Position numbers and translations under genes: made by a program. A DNA stretch of 32,910 nucleotides from an uncultured Candidatus Poseidoniales archaeon (GTDB taxonomy: Archaea; Thermoplasmatota; Poseidoniia; Poseidoniales; Poseidoniaceae), in contig CAXHCG010000002.1 in NCBI GenBank assembly GCA_964014905.1, positions 1-32,910 on the forward strand, in the 5' to 3' direction. Positions within the stretch are counted from its first letter, which is position 1, and every line of letters starts with the position of its first letter. The notes beneath the pieces are model-generated. The model ran no database searches, was not told the DNA's origin, and worked only from the letters and a program-made list of their open reading frames with translations. This document shows positions 1-7,456 of the stretch, in pieces.

Positions 1-2387
1 CGAACCTTCGTCGGCAGCGTCAGATGTGTATAAGAGACAGCCCAATAGGTTCCCTGTGGGCTGTCCACGTCCGTCAAGCGGCTGTTGAGGTTAATCACCT
101 TCTGGCGGTTGGTTTTCAGTGAAAATTCTTCAATCTCGGTCATGTCAAGGCGGGGGGCGTCGTTGATCGGGTTGATTCGAATCGTGATGGTTTGGTCGGA
201 GAATTGTTCGCCATCGCTCGCACGGAGGGTGACAACGGTCTCGCCGTTAACGTCGTTGTCAACGGCGTTAAATCCAAGATCGTTTCCACGGAGCTCAACT
301 TCAATCACTTCAGGGTTGGAATTGTCCATGACTTGAATGGAGAGCGTGGACACGTCAACAGACTGGCCGGTGTCGTCCGTGTCCGAGAGGTATTTGCTGA
401 GGAGGATTTCCCCGTTGCCACCTTCATCGATGACTTGGATGGGGAGACCAGCCCAACGTGGCTGACCGTTTTCAATCACGTTGAAGAGGAGGGTTCCATA
501 CGGCAATTCACCGCTGTTGGTGTAGTCGCCTCCGTCATCAACCTTGATCTCTATGCCCTTTTGCCCGAGCGGGCATCCGTTATCATAGGGAAAGACGACT
601 TCAAGTTCTTCTGTGTCAGCATGCCATGCAACGAAGTTCTCACTGCTTGACGTGATCACAAGGTCAGTCAGCGGTGTTTCAGGGTCTGAAACATGGCCGA
701 CCATGCTGACTTTAGTGCTGAGGTCGCACATCACGGTAGGAACAGGGTCGGCAACGATGATTGGGCGTCCGTTCGCAAGTTCAAACATGTCTTCGGTAAC
801 GGCCCATGAGCTGGTTTGTCCGCGAGCATCAACGGTGCGAGTGCGGATGTCATAATCGCCTGCGGCCATGGTCATGGAGGGAGTTATGATGTACTCTCGA
901 CCTTCTTGGGGAGAGTCACGGTAGAGGACATTGTTGCCGCCTGAAACGATACTGGAATCCCATAGGTTTTGATTTGCAGGGGAGACTTCAACTTCAAAAC
1001 TCATCGTATCGATGGTGTCAACGTTATCGTTGGCGTCGCCTCTTGCAAGAACGGTGACGAACTCCCCGCGCTCAACAACGTCAGAGCCGAGCACTTGTGG
1101 GGTCTTTCCGAGGGGAACTCGGTCGTGGTCAACGATGGTTTCAGCGAAATTATTTGTGGCCGCCATGTCGCCATTTATGCCGATAAGACGAGCTCCGAAG
1201 CCTGTTGACCAGACGTTGCTGGGCAAGTTTGAGGTGTCAAAGGTGGCTGTACCGGTGAAGAAGGGAGAGCCCGGGGCTACATTGAGCGTGGGAAGTGAGA
1301 CTGTGCTGATCGAAGTGGTGGTTGCACCGTTCTTGTAATAGAATTCAAGGGATCCACCGCTGTTGTAATCCAAATCACCGGTGTTCTTGACATCCGCTTG
1401 GAGCGAGATTGTATCGCCACGAACGTAGGACGGTGTGCCTTGGTTGTTCGCAACAGTGAGCCCGGAAACACCGATGTCCATCTTGGGTCCCATGGTGGAA
1501 TCAATGGCGTGGTAGACGTGAGGGCTGCTGCCGCCAACAGAAACTTGGTTTCCGCTCATCAAAGCGGCAACGACGACGGCTTTGCCAATGCCACCTGGAA
1601 CAACGGAGGTTGGAACAGTTGTCCACGATTGTGTTGTTTGGGTTGATGAAACGGAAACACTGTGGAAGGCAGAGCCGGTTCCACCGCTCTTGGATTTGAA
1701 GGTGTCACCAGCGGTCAACCAAGCCATCCAACAGTTGTAGCCGTGAGGAATGCCTGAAGAGTAGGAATAACCGGTGCAATCTTTGTCAACGAGGGCGGCA
1801 TAAAGTTTCATGTTGGAAGCGGGAGAACCTGAACCCTTGTACTTGTACGAGATGCTAACGTCGTAATTTCCACCGTTTTGGGATATGGCTGCAGACATGC
1901 CGTAGTCGTTGACCGTGCTGTGCATGCCGCCGCCACTTGAGAACAGACTGTCGTAGGTGGTGTACGAGCTATCAGCCCCGCTTTGACGCTTGTCGGTGCG
2001 GTCGCCGAAGTAGGCGTCAGGAGCACCACCCGTTGTCCATGCCCAGTTGTAGGGGGAAACAGCACCAGCTCGAGCGGTGTTGGTTGTTCCGAACGACGCC
2101 GACATGTAGGTTACGTACACGTATTCGTCAGGATGATTCTGCTTGATGGAATGGTGGGCGTCTGAACCCCCACCGGTCTTCGAACAATGTCCGCAGTTGT
2201 CCGACGAGATGTACTGCCCGAAGACAACGTGACCCGGGCTGGTTGCTTGAGAAGGATTGAGAACAACGGTTTCTTCTTCCAATTCCGGTAGAGGCGTTTG
2301 GTAAAGGTCCGCCATCATTCCAGAAGCAAGGCTGCCTAGGAAAACGGCCACGATGGCCAAAGCGAGCGTTCTTGTGAAATCATTCAT
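1..2387 (-). CDS. Secreted adhesin-like surface protein, 3'-partial: thioredoxin-like CxxC domain + CARDB-like domain + cadherin-like NDAP repeats
   Basis: Absent from the ORF track because no stop lies in the window, so I translated it by hand. ATG at 2387..2385 gives MNDFTRTLALAIVAVFLGSLASG, a signal peptide or anchor. Then come GQYISSDNCGHCSK (CxxC), the CARDB-like DIGVSGLTVANNQGTPSYVRGDTISLQADVKNTGDLD, and cadherin/VCBS-like repeats ending in ITIRINPINDAP...LTDVDSP. The frame stays open to base 1 only because it reads through the adapter; genuine sequence ends at 41. Confidence 0.85.
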   Translation of the reverse strand, partial: MNDFTRTLALAIVAVFLGSLASGMMADLYQTPLPELEEETVVLNPSQATSPGHVVFGQYISSDNCGHCSKTGGGSDAHHSIKQNHPDEYVYVTYMSASFGTTNTARAGAVSPYNWAWTTGGAPDAYFGDRTDKRQSGADSSYTTYDSLFSSGGGMHSTVNDYGMSAAISQNGGNYDVSISYKYKGSGSPASNMKLYAALVDKDCTGYSYSSGIPHGYNCWMAWLTAGDTFKSKSGGTGSAFHSVSVSSTQTTQSWTTVPTSVVPGGIGKAVVVAALMSGNQVSVGGSSPHVYHAIDSTMGPKMDIGVSGLTVANNQGTPSYVRGDTISLQADVKNTGDLDYNSGGSLEFYYKNGATTTSISTVSLPTLNVAPGSPFFTGTATFDTSNLPSNVWSTGFGARLIGINGDMAATNNFAETIVDHDRVPLGKTPQVLGSDVVERGEFVTVLARGDANDNVDTIDTMSFEVEVSPANQNLWDSSIVSGGNNVLYRDSPQEGREYIITPSMTMAAGDYDIRTRTVDARGQTSSWAVTEDMFELANGRPIIVADPVPTVMCDLSTKVSMVGHVSDPETPLTDLVITSSSENFVAWHADTEELEVVFPYDNGCPLGQKGIEIKVDDGGDYTNSGELPYGTLLFNVIENGQPRWAGLPIQVIDEGGNGEILLSKYLSDTDDTGQSVDVSTLSIQVMDNSNPEVIEVELRGNDLGFNAVDNDVNGETVVTLRASDGEQFSDQTITIRINPINDAPRLDMTEIEEFSLKTNRQKVINLNSRLTDVDSPQGTYWAVSYTHLTLPTKV
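8..40. other. Illumina Nextera/Tn5 read-1 adapter (TCGTCGGCAGCGTCAGATGTGTATAAGAGACAG); non-biological sequence at the contig end
   Basis: Exact 33-nt identity to the Nextera transposase adapter, including the 19-nt Tn5 mosaic end AGATGTGTATAAGAGACAG. It lies 7 nt from the window start. Confidence 0.97.
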
Positions 2388-2409
2388 GATTACTCCACAC
2401 ATGGAGAGT

Positions 2410-2419
2410 ATTTATACTG
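2410..2419 (-). promoter_or_regulatory. TATA-like box (minus-strand GTATAAATA) about 28 nt upstream of the ATG at 2387; implies a leaderless or short-leader transcript
   Basis: AT-rich element in the 125-bp divergent intergenic region. Its spacing to the start codon matches the archaeal TATA-to-TSS distance. Confidence 0.4.
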
Positions 2420-2469
2420 CACGCATTCTTGTTGCAAGTCCAAATTTGAAAATGCAGAGCAGTACCCTG

Positions 2470-2476
2470 TTATAAT
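2470..2476 (+). promoter_or_regulatory. TATA-like box TTATAAT upstream of trmI
   Basis: AT-rich heptamer about 40 nt upstream of the GTG start at 2513, in the divergent intergenic region. Confidence 0.35.
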
Positions 2477-2512
2477 CGGAATGGTGAACCTTAACATCAA
2501 CGGCGTTGTGGC

Positions 2513-3304
2513 GTGGTTGTGACCTCGGAAGAGTGGGCCGTACTGGTCGAAGATAACGGAAAAACCTACGTCGTTGAAATGAACGACCGTCAACAAAAAA
2601 TGAAAGGTTTGGGCGTGTTCAATCCCGTTGAATCCTTGAAGAACGTTCCTGTGGGAGGACGTGTCGTTATCGGCCAAAAAGAACTGCTACGCCTCCCTCC
2701 ACGTCTTCCTGAACTGGCAAAGGGAATGGCGCGGAGAGCGCAAACAATTGGCAGCAAGGATGCTGGATTTTTCCTCGCCCGGCTTGGCCTAGGCCCGAAG
2801 GATAAGGTGTTGGAAGCCGGCATCGGCAGTGCTGGCCTTTCGATGTACATTCAACGCGTCATCGGGCAAAGTGGAACCCATGTCACCGTTGAACCACGGG
2901 CTGAACATGCTGAAGTCGCCCTGGAAAACCTTCGTCGCACCACCGCTTCATGGGGTGAAAGCCCAACGCATCATCACGTTGAGGGAACCATCGAGGAGAG
3001 CATCGAAGCCATCACCGAGTTCAGCGATGGATTTGATGCCATCATCCTTGACCTTCCTGACCACCCTCCCGCGATTGAAGCCTGTTCCCAACTTCTACTG
3101 CCCGGCGCTCGACTCGCTTGCTACTGCCCCGTCAGCTCTCAAATGGAGCGTTCATGGGAAGCATGCGAAGCGGCTGGGCTCACCGTCGAGTGGGCCGGAG
3201 AATTGATGGAACGCGAATGGGGTCGCGCTTCCAAAGGTGGTATGCGCCCAGTGAATGGACCGTTTGGCCACACAGCGTTCTTGCTCGTGGCGCAACGCCA
3301 GTGA
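2513..3304 (+). CDS. trmI: tRNA (adenine-N1)-methyltransferase, TrmI/Gcd14/Trm61 family
   Basis: 263 aa. It has a beta-rich N-terminal domain, then RRAQTIGSKDAGFFLARLGLGPKDKVLEAGIGSAGLS (SAM-binding GxGxG region), FDAIILDLPDHP and PGARLACYCPVSSQMER. The start is GTG, which is the first start-type codon after an in-frame TAA at 2492. Confidence 0.85.
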   Translation: MVVTSEEWAVLVEDNGKTYVVEMNDRQQKMKGLGVFNPVESLKNVPVGGRVVIGQKELLRLPPRLPELAKGMARRAQTIGSKDAGFFLARLGLGPKDKVLEAGIGSAGLSMYIQRVIGQSGTHVTVEPRAEHAEVALENLRRTTASWGESPTHHHVEGTIEESIEAITEFSDGFDAIILDLPDHPPAIEACSQLLLPGARLACYCPVSSQMERSWEACEAAGLTVEWAGELMEREWGRASKGGMRPVNGPFGHTAFLLVAQRQ

Positions 3305-6300
3305 TCACTCGACAACCCGAATCTTTTCACCGCACTGCGGGCAATTGAACCGGAACGGTGGCGTGCTTCCTCGAGGAACGCCCAAACGGGCTTCGCAACT
3401 CGGGCACGCAACCTTGGATTCATCGTCCATGCGGCATTCGTTATAGCCCAGTTCGGGGAGTTCTTTTTCCTCCGATTCATCGTCTTCCTCTTGAGATTCA
3501 TCGTCCATGTGACCGTCCTTGTGGCGTGAAGATCGCCTGAGCAGTTGAACCGCAACGATGGCCAAAAGCCATCCAGCCGCCATCACGCCCAAGGTAGCGG
3601 ATTGACTGACGCTGACGCCGAGTGGTAAAGCAAGTCCATTTGGTGGAAGCTCAGGCCCAACGAGCGAAATTGGAAGCGGCACGGACTCGTCGGAGGTGAG
3701 CACACCGCCACCCGTGGAGGTGGCTCTGACCACGACCTCGGATGTGGCGGTGCGTGCGGTGTTTGAAGTGATGGTTAACAGGAAATCAACGCTTGAACCC
3801 GAGGTCAGGGTGAAATCACTGGTGGCCACGTCATCGCTCATGCGCTTCCAGTCCATCACGACCAAACCAGTGTCTTGTCCGAACGCATCCAGGGTTCCAG
3901 AAACCTCTGCGTTGCCGAGGTTTGAGACCGTCAAGACCGTTGATGTCGAACTGTCGATGCCAAGCGAAAGGCGACCATCAGCAAACGACAAAGCCACCCG
4001 TGAATCAGATGGCCAATCTGCCTCCACCGTGTAGAGTTCGCCCAACTCTACGACGACGTTGCTGCGAACTGAACTGACGGCGCGGAACGACAACGCACGC
4101 TGACCAGCAGCAGCGTCATTGGGCACCACGCACGACCATCCGTAGGGCTCAGTGGAAAGACCGGGGCCAACGGTGACAGAGACATCAAGTCCACAATCTA
4201 CGCCCACCGTCGTGATGGAGAACGTATCTTCGGTGTTGCCGGTGTTGGTCAGCACCACGGTCCCGTACACCGATTCCCCAGGTTTAGCCTCGTCAACTTC
4301 GGCCAAGATGGTGAAGTTAACCCCCGCCGTGACGGGTTGGACGGTGAGGTTCACCGTGTCGCTCACATCACTGTTTGTGGTTGAAACGACTTTCAACGTG
4401 TAGACCACACCGTTCTCGGGCGCCCCCACCGACCGCTCTTGAACACCGATTGAAACTTGTTGAGTCGAGCCTGAGGAAAGTTGGAAAGTGGTTGGGGAAA
4501 GAGTGAATTCAAACCAGTCACCCTGACTTTCCGTGGTCCATTCAAGCACGTAAACGTCCGAAGCGGTCCCGAGGTTGGTCACGTCGAGGATCAAGTTCGA
4601 CACCGAACTTGGACTGGCCAAAAGGCGGCTTTGCACCGTGTTGACCGAGACCTCTTCACGGTCAACAATCACGATGTCAAAGGTGTAGGTGATGTCAAAT
4701 TCACTCGCTTGGTACGTGAGGGAAGCACTGGACGTACCAGGCGTAGATCCGGTTGCTGCACTAAACGTCAAGACAACGGTTTGTTCAGTCGTCCTGTTCA
4801 CATGAATTTCAAGCACATCGTAGGCGACATCAATGTCGGACGGGAGGCCCGAGAGCGTGGGCACGAGGGACAAGTTGGACGTTCCCGTGTTTCGGAGGGT
4901 GATGGACATCGACGTGGATGAACCTGGTGTGATAAGAACACGGTCCTCGCTCGGTGGAAGGAGTTCAACCCCGTCGACTTCAAGCAAATTGATGTCCACA
5001 GCGAGCGAGGTTGTTTCGCCGTTGTACGTTGATGAAAAGCTCTGCTGCAGCAATCCAGAAAGCGCAGCATCGCCTTTGGTGTTCACCGTCCACGTGCCAA
5101 CTTCTCCGGCGGCGACCATGACCCCCGAGGCGCTCACGAGCACCGTATCAAGTCCACTGGACTCGGAGACATCGAGGAAAAAGGTGGCTTCATCGCTTCC
5201 GTGGTTTGCCAATCGAATTTCATAATTTGCACCAACCGCTGGGACAATGTCAACGATGTTGGTCGGCCCGACCAGCGAGAAGTTGACGGCTTCGTCTATG
5301 TTCACCGCAAAATCAAGGACGTCCAAAACGACCACTCCCTCGCCGTGATGGTGGGCTGCAGTGAGTCTAAACCCGCACTGAGAGGTACTGTCGGCGTGTT
5401 CATCGACCTCAACCACGATGTCAACTTCGTCGATTCCGTCAGGTTGCAACCCGTTGGTTTGAGCGGAAACAAGGGAGCCAATGCACGGACTTAGCCCGGA
5501 CGAGGGTTGTTGAGAAAGGGCCCATTCAATGTCAAGGGCCGTGTTGCCGGTGTTGGTGACCTGCACACCCGTCGGGGTGCTCTGACCGGGGAGGAACACA
5601 TCGTCTTGGCGAAGGAAGGCCGTGGCGACCGAGGGCTCTGCTTCGACCTCAACCACGATGATGGTTGAGGACGTGACGTTGCCGTTGGTGGACCCGATGG
5701 TCAACCTGTACCCGTAAAAGTCCGGAGCCGCATCGGCAGGCACCGTAATCGAGAGGGTCGTGGCCGCAGAACCTCCAGCCGGGATGTTCGCAAGTTCGTC
5801 CTGTTGCCACTGGATGTTCCAGCCCGTAGGAACGGATGAACCAAGGCCAAATGCGGCAGTGCCGGAAGTTTCCCAAGGATAGTAGGACATGCCGGTTGTT
5901 TGGTTGAACACCGTGTCGTCGGCGGCTTCCTGAAGAGCCAATTTTACGCTCGCATTGAGGTTGGTGGAGTCGTTGCTGCCTGCGCAGGTTTGGCCTGTGA
6001 TCGTTGAATGGAAGACACAAGCGGCAAGGTAGGATCCGGAGAGGGAAGGATGGCTTCCATCGGACGTGTAAAGATCGTAGAAGAGGTTTCCAGAAACCGT
6101 GGGGTCGTCCCCGTTGGCCACAACGTTGTCGTGCACCGATTTGTAAGCCAATCCCACCGGAGCAATCCAAACAGCGTTTCCTGCCGAGGAGATGTTCTCG
6201 GCGTAGCGGGTGTAGCCCTCGACGAGGCGCGCTTGCATGGCGGTAAAGTTGTTGTTGAACGCATTGAGGCTGTCGCCGTCTCGGTAACCCCACGTCATGA

Positions 6301-7315
6301 ACAGCACCGTCTCGGCACCTTCGTCGGAGATGGCATCGCTGAGCAAAATCGAGGCGTTTTTGCTGTCCTGCCACATGGAATTGGTCGAAGGGAATGTGGG
6401 CACCTGACTTTGGTCTTGAAGCACCACATAGTCCCATGCAGTTCCGCGAAGCGTGGTGTTCCACTGGTTGCCTGTGGTGTTGACGTTGGACCAGTGCTGC
6501 GGGAGTTTCATGCCACCACCGTTGACCGAACTGACACTGGCGTTGATGTTGTCGGCATCGAGTACACCCTCGACCACCGAGGCAAGGTTGTTCGCGCTCG
6601 TGTAGCTGTTGCCCATCATCAAGATGGAAGCAGAGGATGCATTGGTGGCGTTGCTTCCGGTGCCGTTGTCGGATGAATTGCCGGAGTCGCCCGAGTTATT
6701 GCCGGATGAATTGCCGGATGTACCGTTGGTGTGATTGGCCCACCACGAAGCCAGATCGGGTTGAACCTCAACGTCCAACAGGAAGGTGTCGGTCACCGTT
6801 CCAAGATTGTGGCCCGTGAACGAAACATTGGTGCTTGCTCCTGCAGCCATGGCGATCAGCGGCGAGCCACCAACGGAAAGCGAGGGGTGGTAGGCAGGAG
6901 CCACAGAAACAAGAACGGTAAGGATTGAACTGACGCCGTTGTCGGGTTCAGAGACGTTCACGGCGAACGACCCGCTGTCAGCCACGGTGGCCCCTTCTGC
7001 AAGGCGAACGACCAGGGTCGTGTTTTTCCTCCACGTCGGAAAGACGTTGTCCACCGTGCTGTCAATCGGAACGACCGTCCAAGGCGAAGCTAAGTTGGTG
7101 TCATCCACTGAAACGTCGTACGATTCGATGGAGGAAGCGTTGTTTTCAATGGTTAACGTGAGGTTCATGCTTTGCCCCGGTTCCAAAACAGCATGCTGGA
7201 CATCAACGCTGAGCAGAATGGAGGCGTGAGCCGAAACGGGCGTTACCAACGGAGAGAGGCCCATGGCCATCAGCGCCAAGACACAAAACACCGCACGGCC
7301 TGCTCGGCTGGACAT
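3305..7315 (-). CDS. Large type-I surface protein: signal peptide, CARDB/NEW3-like beta-sandwich repeats, embedded SGNH/DUF4886-like esterase domain, C-terminal TM, acidic tail and zinc ribbon
   Basis: The ORF is open from 7432, but the ATG at 7315 gives a canonical signal peptide, MSSRAGRAVFCVLALMAMGLSPLVTPVSAHA. It carries many L-x-V-x-N-x-G-N type beta-sandwich modules. SGNH blocks are MGNSYT, DYVVLQDQS and SDGSHPS. The TM helix is ATLGVMAAGWLLAIVAVQLL, followed by RRSSRHK, an acidic stretch, and CPSC...CPQC. Confidence 0.88.
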   Translation of the reverse strand: MSSRAGRAVFCVLALMAMGLSPLVTPVSAHASILLSVDVQHAVLEPGQSMNLTLTIENNASSIESYDVSVDDTNLASPWTVVPIDSTVDNVFPTWRKNTTLVVRLAEGATVADSGSFAVNVSEPDNGVSSILTVLVSVAPAYHPSLSVGGSPLIAMAAGASTNVSFTGHNLGTVTDTFLLDVEVQPDLASWWANHTNGTSGNSSGNNSGDSGNSSDNGTGSNATNASSASILMMGNSYTSANNLASVVEGVLDADNINASVSSVNGGGMKLPQHWSNVNTTGNQWNTTLRGTAWDYVVLQDQSQVPTFPSTNSMWQDSKNASILLSDAISDEGAETVLFMTWGYRDGDSLNAFNNNFTAMQARLVEGYTRYAENISSAGNAVWIAPVGLAYKSVHDNVVANGDDPTVSGNLFYDLYTSDGSHPSLSGSYLAACVFHSTITGQTCAGSNDSTNLNASVKLALQEAADDTVFNQTTGMSYYPWETSGTAAFGLGSSVPTGWNIQWQQDELANIPAGGSAATTLSITVPADAAPDFYGYRLTIGSTNGNVTSSTIIVVEVEAEPSVATAFLRQDDVFLPGQSTPTGVQVTNTGNTALDIEWALSQQPSSGLSPCIGSLVSAQTNGLQPDGIDEVDIVVEVDEHADSTSQCGFRLTAAHHHGEGVVVLDVLDFAVNIDEAVNFSLVGPTNIVDIVPAVGANYEIRLANHGSDEATFFLDVSESSGLDTVLVSASGVMVAAGEVGTWTVNTKGDAALSGLLQQSFSSTYNGETTSLAVDINLLEVDGVELLPPSEDRVLITPGSSTSMSITLRNTGTSNLSLVPTLSGLPSDIDVAYDVLEIHVNRTTEQTVVLTFSAATGSTPGTSSASLTYQASEFDITYTFDIVIVDREEVSVNTVQSRLLASPSSVSNLILDVTNLGTASDVYVLEWTTESQGDWFEFTLSPTTFQLSSGSTQQVSIGVQERSVGAPENGVVYTLKVVSTTNSDVSDTVNLTVQPVTAGVNFTILAEVDEAKPGESVYGTVVLTNTGNTEDTFSITTVGVDCGLDVSVTVGPGLSTEPYGWSCVVPNDAAAGQRALSFRAVSSVRSNVVVELGELYTVEADWPSDSRVALSFADGRLSLGIDSSTSTVLTVSNLGNAEVSGTLDAFGQDTGLVVMDWKRMSDDVATSDFTLTSGSSVDFLLTITSNTARTATSEVVVRATSTGGGVLTSDESVPLPISLVGPELPPNGLALPLGVSVSQSATLGVMAAGWLLAIVAVQLLRRSSRHKDGHMDDESQEEDDESEEKELPELGYNECRMDDESKVACPSCEARLGVPRGSTPPFRFNCPQCGEKIRVVE

Positions 7316-7422
7316 GAACCGACCAAAGCGACGCTGTTCAAGAGACTTCGGGAGCAATGGCTCCACACGCCTCACGCTTTGCCCATTCGCAAGTTGGTGC
7401 GCCGCGGCTGAAAGACGAAGCG

Positions 7423-7429
7423 AATATTT
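7423..7429. promoter_or_regulatory. Near-symmetric TATA-like box AATATTT, possibly serving aspS (ATG about 31 nt downstream) and the divergent surface-protein gene
   Basis: This is the only AT-rich element between the divergent starts at 7315 (-) and 7457 (+). Its spacing to the aspS ATG fits a leaderless transcript. Confidence 0.35.
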
Positions 7430-7456
7430 CATGTTCTACGCCTCAGCCCCCGAAGC

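Noticed and set aside
2415-2464. Inverted repeat TACTGC ... GCAGTA between the two divergent TATA-like boxes
   Set aside because: Only 6 bp match, with mismatches on both flanks and a 38-nt spacer. That is expected by chance in a 125-bp region.
5649-6464. 271-aa minus-strand ORF, plus several 60-220-aa ORFs on both strands, inside 3305..7315
   Set aside because: These are alternative-frame or antisense ORFs within a long gene whose own frame shows coherent domain signatures. Their products are Arg/Gly/His/Cys-rich low-complexity sequence, typical of off-frame GC-rich DNA.
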